64,000 nucleotides of DNA from Octopus vulgaris (Eukaryota). Of the stretch, positions 1-14,520 are shown one piece after another. The position numbers and the translations under genes were made by a program. Location of the stretch: contig OX597836.1 in the NCBI GenBank assembly GCA_951406725.2, positions 39,060,001-39,124,000 on the forward strand, read 5' to 3'. A model generated the notes under the pieces. That model was not told the DNA's origin. It worked only from the letters and a program-made list of their open reading frames with translations, and did not search any database. The stretch's first letter is position 1. Every line of letters begins with the position of its first letter.

Positions 1-227
1 GTATATGCATATGTCAGTTCTTGCTCCTTCTTCGGCACCATACCTAAGCCGTTAACCATCCATGAACAGATTGCGATTAATATTTCATTTCCGTATCTTA
101 TATTAGACTTACATACTGGTTCTTCTTCAGAATTCTGCGACTCTAGAGCTGTTCAGCACCTCGAAATATTTTACTAAATATTGGTCTGCACTGTGAATAC
201 ATTTTGTTGTTGTTTAGTCTCCACTTA

Positions 228-519
228 AAACACCTAAAAGCTCCACGAGGCTCCGGCAGGGGGTGGTGGTGATCCCTGCTGTACTCTTTCACCACGACTT
301 TCTCTCACTCTTACTTCCTGTTTCTGTTGTACCTCTATTTCAAAAGGGCCGGCCTTGTCACTCTCTGTGTCACGCTGAATATCCCCGAGAACTACGTTAA
401 GGGTACACGTGTCTGTGGAGTGCTCAGCCACTTATACGTTAATTTCACGAGCAGGCTGTTCCGTTGATCGGATCAACCGGAACCCTCGTCGTCGTAACCG
501 ACGGAGTGCTTCCATTTAA
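228..519 (+). mobile_element. 5'-truncated tRNA-derived SINE, family A (tail type 1)
   Basis: Near-identical to the body and tail of the full copy at 7461-7845; 12-bp TSD AGTCTCCACTTA at 216-227 and 520-531. Confidence 0.85.
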
Positions 520-636
520 AGTCTCCACTTAGCTCCTCTTAATCAAACAGATGAGCGAGATGCGTTCCAGCCGTGACCCTTTTGTATTATCTGCTTTTAT
601 TTGTTTATTAGTTTTTTTCGAATACGGTTCATCTAG

Positions 637-1160
637 GAAGCGCATGGTTTAGTCGTTAGCGTGGTGGACTCATGATCGTAAGATTGTGGTTTCGATTCCT
701 GGACCAGGCGATGTATTGTGTTCTTGAGCAAAAGACTTCATTTCATATTGCTCCAGTGGTTGTTCCTTCTCGAGCCATGCCTGGCTCACAAGGGCCGGTT
801 TCCCGGTTTCTTGGCGTATAGGTTCCCCACCTGGACGGGACGCCGGTCCGTCGCAAGTGGGCTGCAAGATGCAGGAGGAAAGAGTGAGAGAAAGTTGTGG
901 CGAAAGAGTCAGCAGAAGTTTCGCCATTACCTTCTGCCGGAGCTGCGTAGAGCTTAGGTGTTTCGCTCTTAAACACACACATCACCCGGTCTGGGATTCG
1001 AACCCGCGATCCCTCGACCGCGAATCCGTAGCTCTAACCACTAGGCCATGTGCCTCCACTATATTGCTCCAGTCCGCTCATCAGACAAAAATGAGTCAGC
1101 CTGCGACGGATCGGTGTCCCGTCCAGGTAGGGAATTTATACGCCATGGAAACCGGCCCTT
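637..1160 (+). mobile_element. Older family-A-related SINE interrupted by a younger SINE
   Basis: tRNA-like head (A box TGGTTTAGTCG, B box GTTTCGATTCC) at 637-757; resumes at 1061 with a tail similar to that of the nested copy. Confidence 0.65.
758..1060 (-). mobile_element. Full-length tRNA(Arg)-like SINE, family A (tail type 2), nested insertion
   Basis: Minus strand starts GTGGAGGCACATGGCCTAGTGGTTAGAG...GGTTCGAATCCC (pol III A/B boxes); 13-bp TSD ATATTGCTCCAGT at 745-757 and 1061-1073. Confidence 0.85.
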
Positions 1161-2977
1161 ACGTGTCGCCATAACTCTAGTATGAAAAATATTTTTAAAA
1201 CGACAGGTTATCCTCGCAAGGAAATTATTTGATTGCTTTTTGTAGCAAGTCAAGTGATCACACACAGGCCTTCCCACGGTGAGCAGTGTAATATATCTGA
1301 TTGATGTCGGCGGCCGACTGCCTTTTGACTTGATAGATCGTGCGAATTTAACACAGTAACTGCGTGTCTCTTCTACATCACTATCGCAGTGTTACTGTCT
1401 ATTATTCAACGATGTTAAAATAATTGATTAACGTCAGTAATCAAGTGTGTCTTTTGATTTGACAACTTGTTTCATAACTATTATTGTGTGTGTGTGTGTG
1501 TGTGCGTGTGTGTGTGCGCGTGTGCGTGTGTGTGTGTGTGTGTGTATGCTTCTTTCCCCCACAACATTCTCCTAAAATGTATCATTGAATCTGTGGTACA
1601 TTTATAGCTTTGTTATAATTGTATAGTCTTGTTTATTTTTATCTCATCTAATTTCCTCTTCTCCGTATCAGTACGTTCTGATCTTCATCAAACCAAGCAT
1701 ATTATTCCATTTAACTTTTTTTTTATTTTTAAATCAAACGCTTCGCTTTCTTGATGCACTCAGCTGATTAACTGACCGACCTTCAGTGCATCGAATACTT
1801 TTAAAGGTCAACATCGCAACAGAAGTAACCAAGAATTAGTGAGTAGCTCGATGGACTCCAGTATTTCTAATTAGTTTTTCCAATGCGTTCTTATTTAATA
1901 TGCATGAATTTCCAATATATAATTAAAAAAAATACATATATATAAAAATACAAAACATAAGAACGAATACGGAAAAATTAATTAAGAGTGTTTCTAAATC
2001 CTAAATCGAAGCAAAATAGGAAATACTTTCCACTTCCGTTCTGCACTCAGCTTGCAGACTCTCGGTCTATTATACTCTAACTTTCTCTTATTTTCAGAGC
2101 TTTATTCTTTCTCTTAATAACATATTCCTATGTCAAAGCAATATTTGTTTTCACGATATATTTATTTTTTATTTATATGTCAAATGTAATTAAGAAATTG
2201 TAAGCGATGCTTTCATTTCGTGTTTAACTTCTCTCTAACGCCATGTTTTATGCTGTTTCCCGTCGGAAAGTATTATTGGCAATTTTTTTGCTTCATTTCA
2301 TTCTCGTCTTTCACCGTGATGGACTAAGCCAGCAGCTATACGTTTTCTTCTTTTACCACACATTGAACTTAATTCAATGATTGTGTAATAGCTTAACAAT
2401 TACCCAGGAGTCTTCTCGGTTCAAAGTTAGGCCGTCTAATTCTTCCTGTTAGAAATTTAAAAAAAACACAAAACTACTTCAATTAAATGAAACACAACTT
2501 TTGAAGTTTTGACTAGAGTGCATGTGAGACTACATCATATAACCATTTAGCCAATAGGTCGATATCCTTTCGACAACATATTGATCTCGATACTTGTGTT
2601 TTTTTTTCTTTTTCTTTTTCATTATATAGTCGATGAACGACGGTGAAAGATTAACAGAATCAGAGCCGGAAACCATGCTTTGCTCTTTACCTTCTGAGTT
2701 CAAATCCCGTCGAGTTACACTTTGCCTTTCATCTTTTCAGAGTCATATACGGAGGTCGATAGCATCGTCTAACTCATTCCCTCAAAGTAGGTGGTATTGT
2801 GCTTAAATTAGAAACCATTGTATATTCAATGAAAAGCAATCAATCTTAATATTTCCCTACGCACGAATGGTGTTTATAGTGCAATGGATAAACTCTTAAC
2901 GGGAAAATTCTAGTTTCGATTCCAGACTGCAGCCACTTGACTTCATTTGTGTAGCTCATGCCTTGGTAAGTAAATTT

Positions 2978-3209
2978 ATTTCTTTTCCTAGCCACAAGGG
3001 GCTAAACACAGGGGGGACAAACAAGGACAGACAAACGAATTAAGTCGAATACATCGACTCCAGTGATTAACTGGTACTTAATTTATCGACCCCGAAAGGA
3101 TGAAAGGCAAAGTCGACCTCGGCGGAATTTGAACTCAGAACGTAGAGGCAGACGAAATACGCCTACGCATTTCGCCCGACGTGCTAACGATTCTGCCAGT
3201 TCGCCGCCC
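2978..3209 (-). mobile_element. SINE family B (GGCGGCGAGCTGGCAGAA...AAAGAAATA)
   Basis: About 230-bp repeat recurring more than 10 times in the window; A-box-like and B-box-like (GAGTTCAAATTCC) motifs. Confidence 0.8.
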
Positions 3210-4125
3210 TTTATAAGAAATACATAGCGGCCTTCAGAAGCGCTTCTTCGCAAACGCCTAAATACTACGTGCTGTATCGATCGTAAGTATCCATATTTCG
3301 CATACAGATACAAAGTTTGAAGGGACCAGGGATCTACACAGTTTGAGCTTCTTGAGAACTGCTCTTCCATATAACGTTCAGCCTCATCAAGTTCAGATTG
3401 TATATTTATTATTAAGCTACCGTCTTGTTCAAAGCGAACTCGTGTTATGTACTTCTTCAAGCGAACTCGAGTTATGTACTTCTTCAAGATTTTGCCCACC
3501 TAGCATGATGTTGGTTGTTGATTTCTGGTTCTATTTATCGGAATTTCTCATTTTTCTGAACTGACTTCCAATCTGTAAGTTTCTCGCGCTCTCTCTGATC
3601 TTGTAGTGAGATCCTGGAATTCTTCTTCGTTGTCTCCCATTAGGTCACTATAGACAGCAAAAGGCAGGTCTCTGGTGGAAACTGAGCCCTAGAAATCACA
3701 CAGTGCTTCCTGCTCGATGTTTTCTATGAAAATATTGTAAAGTCACAGAAAGAGAGAAAGAGAGAGAGAGGGGGGAGGGGAGATAGAGATCGACTGGACG
3801 AATTCCAAATGTTCTTCTAAACGTCTTTTGAAACAGTCTTAATAGAATTCAATCTTATTGGGTTTCCAATCATTTAGATGAGGTCGAATCATTTAGATGA
3901 GGTGGGTGTCCAGGTTGAAGTACCGCATATCCCTTGTTACAAACCCTTATAAAAAAACATGAAGACCTTCCTAGTACTAATGAAGTCGCAATAAGGTGAC
4001 ATTGGTGTCAAAGAGGTTTCCCAATTCGTTGACTGGGGACACACGTTTGATTTCAACCCTGCCAATTATTCTGCGAAGATTTCTTCCGCCTTTCCACTGA
4101 AGCCTGTTTATCAGAATTAATAACA
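3210..4125 (-). pseudogene. Highly decayed RTE-clade LINE reverse transcriptase remnant
   Basis: Broken minus-strand frames give LILINRLQ.., LYNIFIENIEQEAL..DLMGDNEEEFQDL..YRLEVSSEK and KLCRSLV..CEIWILT..AF..ISYK, resembling RTE RT blocks; many stops and frameshifts. Confidence 0.6.
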
Positions 4126-4464
4126 TCGTTCTAAAGATTTTGTAAAATGTCTGGTTAAATACTTACCTTGGTAATTCTGGTAAAATACTTATGGAGGATG
4201 ATTGCGCCAACTATTGAATACCATCTTTAAGATCAGAAGTTTATTTATTTTATCTTTTGACAGAAGATTGTTAAAGAATTACTGAGTTCTGAACTTCCAA
4301 ATTTCATTAGCTCTACTGGAGTTTATTCAACCCTGCTCATTTTTTCTTTCAGTTTCTACATGAAGTATTGCAGTAATATTAAATTAAAAGTTGACATTGC
4401 TGGTATTCGCTTGGCTGTTATTAGGACGGGGTTTATAACTGTAAAGGTCTTTCCATTACTCATA

Positions 4465-5731
<1,267 letters not shown>

Positions 5732-5979
5732 ACACACACAAAGTATACAATCTACACCTACAGTGTCCAATCTTCCAGACCGAGATTTCGTCTCGATGCA
5801 AACATAATAAATTAATAGTTATTGGAATATGAAAGAATACCAACGAACATTATTAATTTCATATCGTATGCTAAGTAATCTACACATCGTTTCACCTGTT
5901 CTGCTCGGAGATTTTCTACACATCACAAATTTCGATTAAAATCATCAATATCGGTTATTAGAAGTGAAATATACACACA

Positions 5980-6020
5980 CATCATCATCATAATCATCAT
6001 CGTCATCATCATCATTGTTG

Positions 6021-6104
<84 letters not shown>

Positions 6105-6109
6105 CATCA

Positions 6110-6152
<43 letters not shown>

Positions 6153-6216
6153 CATCATCATCATCATCATCATCATCATATCATCATCATCATCGTCATC
6201 ATCATTATCATTATTA

Positions 6217-6254
<38 letters not shown>

Positions 6255-6278
6255 ATAATAAATGATAGTAGTAGCCGA

Positions 6279-6352
<74 letters not shown>

Positions 6353-6384
6353 TGATGATGAGGAGGATGAGGATGAGGATGATG

Positions 6385-6450
<66 letters not shown>

Positions 6451-6459
6451 GTAATGATA

Positions 6460-6490
<31 letters not shown>

Positions 6491-6590
6491 TGATGATCAT
6501 GATCATGATGATCATGGTGGTGATGATGATCGGAAAAATAATAACAATAATAATAATAATAATAATAGCAACAACAACAACAACAACAAC

Positions 6591-6641
<51 letters not shown>

Positions 6642-6663
6642 GATAATAATAATAATAATAATG

Positions 6664-6705
<42 letters not shown>

Positions 6706-6788
6706 TTAATAATGATAATAATAATAATAATAATGATAATAATAATAATAATAATGATAATAATAATAATAATAATATTAATAATAAT
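5980..6788. repeat. Trinucleotide block: (CAT/TTA)n switching to (TAA/GAT)n at about 6252
   Basis: Direct reading. Confidence 0.95.
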
Positions 6789-7084
6789 CCGATTTCTGAG
6801 TTTGTCGTTTACATCATGTATTTGCTTTCACGCTACCTTTTTACTTTCTTTCTTATTATTTCTGCCATATTTTTCTATATCTTCATGAGGAGTACATTCA
6901 CATCCAGTCTCCCACACACAGATAAAAACACACACGCACACACACATGCACGCACACATACACACATATACACACACATATGCGCGTGTGTGTGCGTGTG
7001 TGGCTGTGTGTAAGTGTGTATATATATATACATATATATATATATGTATGTGTGTGTACATGTGTGTAGGTATGCATGTGGCTG

Positions 7085-7125
<41 letters not shown>

Positions 7126-7460
7126 ATGTATATGTGGCTGTATATATATATATATATATATATAACGACAAAAATGGTATATCAAATAATATACAACACA
7201 CATTATTGGTTCATTGGAATTATCTCCCTTCCAAAAGATGGTAGAACAATTAATTAGTGGCAACCAAATCCAAAGAGAATACATCGCTAGTCCACAAGAT
7301 ATATGCATATAATTAAAGCATTACGTGCTGGTATGCCTGGACAATGCATACGTAAGAATAAATTCAAATATGAAAAAGATGCAGCGCTAGTATATATGAA
7401 TGTTTGTTCCCACACACTTTACGTATATACCACGTGTATTTGCGGTACACCACTGTTTGT

Positions 7461-7845
7461 AGTGGAGGCGCAATGGCCCAGTGGTTAGGGCACCGGACTC
7501 GCGGTCTTAGGATCGCGGTTTCGATTCCCAGACCGGGCGTTGTGAGTGTTTATTGAGCGAAAACACCTAAAGGTCCACGAGGCTCCGGCAGGGGGTTGTG
7601 GTGAACCCTGCAGTACTCTTTCACCACAACTTTCTCTTACTCTTTTTTCCTGTTTCTGTTGTACCTGTATTTCAAAGAGCCAGCCTTGTCACACTCTGTG
7701 TCACGCTGAATCTCCCCGAGAACTACGTTAAGGGTACACGTGTCTGTGGAGCGCTCAGCCACTTGCACGTTAATTTCACGAGCAGGCTGTTCCGTTGATC
7801 GGATCAACTGGAACACTCGTCGTCGCAACCGACGGAGTGCCAACA
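7461..7845 (+). mobile_element. Full-length tRNA(Arg)-like SINE, family A (tail type 1)
   Basis: Head GGAGGCGCAATGGCCCAGTGGTTAGG..GACTCGCGG (TCG at the anticodon position)..GTTTCGATTCCC; the body is shared with other copies. Resembles the described octopus tRNA-Arg-derived OR SINEs (from memory, not aligned). Confidence 0.85.
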
Positions 7846-8014
7846 AAAACAGTTTGTCGTTGTGGAGGTTACTCTTTCCAAGCACCTGAAAGCCATGGAC
7901 AGGCAGCGCTGCTTCCGTTTCATGTTTGATATTATTCTTACACAAGCATTACCTGGGTATAAGTAAGTTGTGGATAGGCGTGGCGATCTATTCACCACCG
8001 ATTCGGTTCCTGTA

Positions 8015-8063
8015 CGTGATGCTGATGAGTCACAAAAATAGCGAGACATCGATGGCCATCACG
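8015..8063 (+). ncRNA. Degenerate minimal type I hammerhead ribozyme motif
   Basis: Stem I CGTGATG/CATCACG (7 bp), core CTGATGA, GAGAC (GAAAC mutated), palindromic CATCGATG, GGC in place of GUC. Confidence 0.6.
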
Positions 8064-8277
8064 CCTGAATGGGATCTAGGGTGAGTTACCTTGCCTGTCC
8101 ATGACTTTCAGCTAGTTTAACACCTGACGCTTTGAAAGAGTAATTTCTGTCACGCCAATTCTCATCCTACCGGCAATGACACATGATCTGTGTGCCCAAT
8201 GTGTTTGTTTGTTTGTTTGTTTTTCCAGTTTCAGCTCTTGAGCTGTGGCCATGCTGGGGCACCGCCATTGTGGTGAA

Positions 8278-8429
8278 AGAGTACAGCAGGGATCACCACC
8301 CCCTGCCGGAGCCTCGTAGAGCTTTTAGGTGTTTTCGCTCAATAAACACACACAACGCCCGGTCTGAGAATCGAAACCGCGATCCTGCGACCGCGAGTCC
8401 GCTGCCCTAACCACTAGGCCATTGCGCCT
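8278..8429 (-). mobile_element. Family A SINE, 5' half
   Basis: Reverse complement of about 7465-7620. Confidence 0.8.
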
Positions 8430-8591
8430 GTGTGAGATCGATAATGTATATTATGCTAGAGTTGGTTCTATTTCATATGAGAATATATATGTAGACGATA
8501 AGAAAATGGAAGAAAAACAACAATAAGAAGTGTGTCTTTGGAGCTAAAAAGCCATTATTGAATTAGTTAAGCAAGTTGAGAGTAAGAATGA

Positions 8592-8669
8592 GTTTACAGC
8601 TGTTTCTGTGTCCCATAGTTCAGGTAAATATGCATTTACCTCGTCGCAAATGGTAGACGTCATCATAAC
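8592..8669 (-). ncRNA. Degenerate minimal hammerhead motif
   Basis: Minus strand GTT-ATGATGA (C3 mutated)-long stem II with AGGTAAAT/ATTTACCT hairpin-GAAAC-AGCT-GTA-AAC; perfect palindrome ACAGCTGT. Confidence 0.5.
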
Positions 8670-8950
8670 GAAGAAGGCGGAGATAAACAAAGAGTATAAT
8701 AGAGCGAAAGATAGAGGGAGAAACCGGAAAAGGAAATGTTCAATGATTCGAAAGTCTTACATTTTAGTTTGTTTCAACATTCATTAAATCCATTGTGAGG
8801 TAAATGAAGAATAGAGGTTGGTTGAATATGTATGTATATATATATATATGTGTAGAAATGGTAAGACAACAAAACAATGAAAGAGGCCTCGATATTATGT
8901 AAATAGAGGAATTTATCTGTAAATATGTGTGACAATTATTCGGTAGCCAT

Positions 8951-9011
8951 GATAAAACTCCGAGTTTCGGATGTCGAGGCGGAAACCCACGCCGCCATCT
9001 CTTCAGTGATC
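8951..9011 (-). ncRNA. Minimal type I hammerhead motif (left arm of fold-back)
   Basis: Minus strand GATCA-CTGAAGA-GATG..CATC-C-GAAAC-TCGGA-GTT-TTATC; one stem I mismatch. Confidence 0.6.
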
Positions 9012-9042
9012 CGGCCACCCCAAAATGCTTTTTCGATGGCCG

Positions 9043-9103
9043 GATAACTGAAGAGATGGCGGCGTGGGTTTCCGCCCCGACATCCGAAACTCGGAGTTTT
9101 ATC
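9043..9103 (+). ncRNA. Minimal type I hammerhead motif (right arm of fold-back)
   Basis: GATAA-CTGAAGA-GATG..CATC-C-GAAAC-TCGGA-GTT-TTATC; perfect 5-bp stem I, intact core, bulged C in stem II. Confidence 0.7.
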
Positions 9104-9136
9104 ATACCTACCGAATAATTGTCGCATATTATATTT

Positions 9137-9225
<89 letters not shown>

Positions 9226-9329
9226 TGTATGTGTGTGTGTATGTATGTATGTATGTATATATATATATGTGTATGCATTTATGTCCAGATTATGTAACAG
9301 GAGAAAGAAGCATTTATTCAAAAAGTTCA

Positions 9330-9384
9330 TATCTTTACAGTTGTTTCGATACATAAATAATGCTGGCTACGTCGTCAGAAGATA
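9330..9384 (-). ncRNA. Minimal type I hammerhead motif
   Basis: Minus strand TATCTT-CTGACGA-...-GAAAC-AACT-GTA-AAGATA; 6-bp stem I, intact core, weak stem II base. Confidence 0.6.
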
Positions 9385-9639
9385 AACATTTCAAATAAAT
9401 AAACTGTCAAAAAATGCCAGAAAACAGCCAGAAAAACGTTATCAGAATATTTATACGATAAGAGTTAATAAATATTATAGACACAAAAGAAAACTTTAAA
9501 ACGAAATAAAACGAGATAAAAAGATTATGAAAATACGGCTGACGCTTTATGTAACTGGACGCAAATAACAGCATGACAATAGAAAAAAAACTTTGGCTAC
9601 AGAAGACTTTATGGTCGATCTAGACAGAGACAGACAGAC

Positions 9640-9723
<84 letters not shown>

Positions 9724-9863
9724 GGATGGATGGATGGAGGGAGGGATTGATAGACAGATGTAGCTATAGAAACACATATGCACATATGAATATACATATT
9801 CATATCTGTACTTATAGATATATGCGTACACACGCACACACATATATACATACATATATACAT

Positions 9864-9894
<31 letters not shown>

Positions 9895-10026
9895 CATATA
9901 TATATACACACACAATGGCAGATAGGTTCATACATACATATACAGGTAGATATACATACATTCATATATACAGAAACACCCATTTATGCGTGTATGTACA
10001 TCTCTCTCTCTCTCTTTTTCTCTCCA

Positions 10027-10097
<71 letters not shown>

Positions 10098-10559
10098 GTA
10101 TACAAGCGCATGCAAACACATATACACCCACACAGACCCACACACTCACACACTCACGCACACACATGCATATAATCCTTACCCATCTTAGCTATATTTT
10201 CAATTTCTAATAATTAACAGAAACGGATGCATTGTTTTCAATAGCTCGCTAGTAATGGATTTTAAATCTTTTCGGTGAGCTTATGTCAAAGTGACTGCTT
10301 CTTTTCCCGGTTAAAACTAATTCAACTTACTTACCATTATGCAATTGTATTCACCACTCCTTATATCAGTACATTACATCTGTCAACTTGTGCCAAATAA
10401 ACAAAACTGCAAATGAGCAAAATCAATAATTTCGAACTCTGTAAAAGCAAAAGTGAGATTTCATTGAGCTAATGTCTTCGTTACAGATTAAGTTCTCGCT
10501 TTGAATCTATTGTAATTCTACTTAGTTCGTAAAAATGCTAATTAATTATGATTCCAAAT

Positions 10560-10950
10560 TTTGGCTCAAAATTGCCAAGCTCGGAGGTGTGGCTAAGTCC
10601 ATTAAATCAATCGCAGTGCTCAACTAGTACTTATTTTATCAACCGCAAAACTAATTAAAGCGAAATCGACCTCGACGGAATTTGAACTCAGAACGCGAAG
10701 ATGGACCTAACGATTCTGCCAGCTTGATAATCTTTTCTACTCTAGGCACAAGGCCCGAAATTTTGGGGGAGGGGTCAGTCGATTAGATCGACCTCAGTAC
10801 GCAACTGGTATTTAATTTATCGACCCCAAAAGGATGAAAGGCAAAATCGACCTCGGCAGAAGTTTAAGATTATGTACTGGGGTTCGACTAAACCATTCAA
10901 GGCGGTGCTCCAGCTTGACCGTAATCCAATGGCTAAAACAAATAAAGGAT
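10560..10950. mobile_element. Cluster of degenerate family B (minus) and family C (plus) SINE fragments
   Basis: GACCTCGACGGAATTTGAACTCAG and AAGGATGAAAGGCAAA motifs; GGCGGTGCTCCAGC tail fragment. Confidence 0.65.
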
Positions 10951-11888
10951 CAAACCATTGTTTGCTTTTAATGTTTCTTTATTTCCTAATTTCCATTTAT
11001 ACTGTATTACTCAGGCTTATGTGAAATAAAAATAAAAATCTTATACCCCTGGTTTTCTAATTCCTTTCAAAACAACGTTTGTATCTATTTTAAGAAGCAC
11101 AATTCTAACGGAGTACATCATGCAAAATACAGATTAAATCGTCGTCTAACTCCCTGTAGAACGTTTCATTTCAAAGTGGTGTTTTATCACTTCTGATTAT
11201 GAGTGCAGTTTTAATGGAGTACATCATGTGATATACACATTAAATGTTCCCTTATCACCCATTCATCTGTTTGCTTTCAAAACTATGTTTTATTATAGGT
11301 GTAAGGAATACAAATCTAATGTATACACGAACTGAAGGTTAGTTAAATGTTCGTGGCTTATTTTTAACTCCTAAGAGCAAATTCACTGCAGTTACCAAGG
11401 AGAAAAAAGTGTTCTTTCCAATAGTAAAAGCTGTAAAAACATTATATATGCCCAGAGCTTCAATCTAGCGGATTCCAGACGTGCGCTCCTGGCTTTTTAG
11501 CTTTCCTTAATAAGAAACACCGAAGAAAGGCAGATTCAAAGGCGCAGCTTTAACTGAAAGAACTGTCAACATCAGCAACTGATTTGCGCTAGAAGCCCGC
11601 CTGATTGAAATAAAAGTAGAAGCATCAGCGCCCAGCAGTGATCAGGAATAAACGAACTTCAGGTTGGTTAACATGTCTGTGGCATATTTTAACTGCTATA
11701 GGCAAATTTTCTGCCGTTGCCATAGATTCTCTCTTATGGTAAAATGTGTTTAAAGAACATATCTGCCCAGTGCCAATTCGAGAGAGTGGAGCAGGTTGAA
11801 TGCATGCTGCATATGTTTTTAAGTAGTCGAATCCCTTGATGTAATTGTTATGCAATACGCTATAATCAACCTAGCCTACAATGTAACC

Positions 11889-12121
11889 TATTTCTTTACT
11901 ACCCACAAGGGGCTAAACTCAGAGAGGAAAAACAGGGACAGACAAACGGATTAAGTCGATTATATTGACCCCAGTGCGTAACTGGTACTTAATTTATCGA
12001 CCTCGAAAGGATGAAAGGCAAAGTCTACCTCGGCGGAATTTGAACTCAGAACGTAACGGTAGACGAAATACGGCTACGCATTTCGCCCGGCGTGCTAATG
12101 GTTCTGCCAGCTCGCCGCCTT
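11889..12121 (-). mobile_element. SINE family B, full length
   Basis: Matches other family B copies; ATGTAACC on both flanks (part of a degenerate TSD). Confidence 0.85.
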
Positions 12122-12252
12122 TATCCAACTATGTAACCATCATTTCATCAAGGTAACCTCAGCCTGATGATTGGCTACGTAGTGTATAGCTCATTGCATA
12201 ACAATTGTATACGCAGCGTGTCCTTTTCACCTGTTTTATTCCCTTAATTTGG

Positions 12253-12354
<102 letters not shown>

Positions 12355-12365
12355 AAGAAGAAGAA

Positions 12366-12517
12366 GAAAATTGCACTACTAGGCACTGCACACATCCTAC
12401 GCAGAACACTTCCCATACAATAACCATCAGAGCATCACAACAAATCACAGCACATACCCAAGGCACACAGAGCTGCGCTCGGTATTGAAGTGAAAGCACG
12501 CTATAAAAATAAAACTA

Positions 12518-12520
<3 letters not shown>
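12366..12520 (+). mobile_element. 3' tip of a Dong/R4-type LINE (second subfamily) in (TAA)n
   Basis: Encodes KIALLGTAHILRRTLPIQ*, homologous to KIVLMGTAHILRKILSM* of the 14.7-kb ORF; distinct 3' UTR; flanked by (TAA)n(GAA)n and (TAA)n. Confidence 0.8.
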
Positions 12521-12581
<61 letters not shown>

Positions 12582-12757
12582 GGTAATATAATTCCAAAAC
12601 TTACAGGGAAAAATTCAATTTAATAATTTTAAATCAAGTCTCACAATATGTAATATATGTATATAATTTAGAGAAAAACCTGTATTATACAATTCAATAA
12701 CATCTTTCTTTATTGAATTGTTTAATAGAGGTCTTTTTCTCTAAATTATATACGTAT

Positions 12758-12760
<3 letters not shown>
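12582..12760. repeat. Short terminal fragment ending in a hairpin (about 50-bp arms, 12655-12760)
   Basis: ATAATTTAGAGAAAAACC..CAATTCAATAA / TTATTGAATTG..TTTTTCTCTAAATTAT; AGGGAAAAATT start resembles 12981. Confidence 0.65.
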
Positions 12761-12816
<56 letters not shown>

Positions 12817-12850
12817 CTGTGTGTGTGTGTTTATATATATATATTATATA

Positions 12851-13842
<992 letters not shown>

Positions 13843-14520
13843 CATACATACATACATACCTAAGACTGTGTGTGTATGTGTCTACGTACGTATATGTGTA
13901 TCTCTCTCTTTATATGTGCGTGTGGGTTCGAGTGCATACGCGCGTGCAGGGTGGGGCGTGTATGCGTATGTATGTATAACTGCTTCCTCACAATTTCCTT
14001 CAGTTTTCTGGCAGGTACATCAGGAGGATATCGGCCAACCCGTGACAATAATAGAAATTATTTAGCCAAGGTGATTTTTTTCTCTCTGCTGTCTCCATAG
14101 TACCCAAACTATCTTCGTAACAATGTCAACGTACTTGTATCTATTCCTAAACTCACCAAAATTGTTTGCACTCAAACACCTTCATGTTCTCTGCGACATC
14201 AACACTCAAAATATGATAAAGAAAGCAAAGCAATAATATAATTCTCGAGAACGATTAACTAATGTTGGGTACAATAATTATTTTCGCACTTATTGATTCC
14301 CTCGTTGGACCTGAGTAGATTCTTCCCAAAGATTTACAATCATTCCAAACTCAGAAATACATCAAATTATCTCAGGTGTCACTTTATAATATCTGTAGCA
14401 TTGTATCTTTATTCTTGGTCTTCATCAATTACACAGGCTTTCCATTCCATCGAAATTAAATTGACAGCACTAGGATGCTGAGAACTGATATTATTATTAT
14501 TATCAATATTATTATTATTA

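Larger units (their letters stand above)
8850..9135. mobile_element. Fold-back element (about 95-bp arms, 8922-9130) in TA repeats, Penelope-like or retrozyme-like
   Basis: Long inverted repeat plus a flank (AAATAGAGGAATTTATCT) shared with the copies at 16709-16948 and 57705-57946. Confidence 0.75.

Noticed and set aside
60-140. CTGAAGA..GAAAT on the minus strand as a hammerhead
   Set aside because: No valid NUH or stem III, and stem I is out of register.
3432-3488. Short direct repeats (27-bp pair here; also about 11105-11245 and 23860-23945) as CRISPR-like arrays
   Set aside because: Only two degenerate units each, no spacer architecture, eukaryotic context; simple local duplications.
7461-7535. 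tRNA-Arg gene
   Set aside because: The tRNA-like sequence continues into a repeated SINE body and lacks a proper acceptor stem; it is a SINE head.
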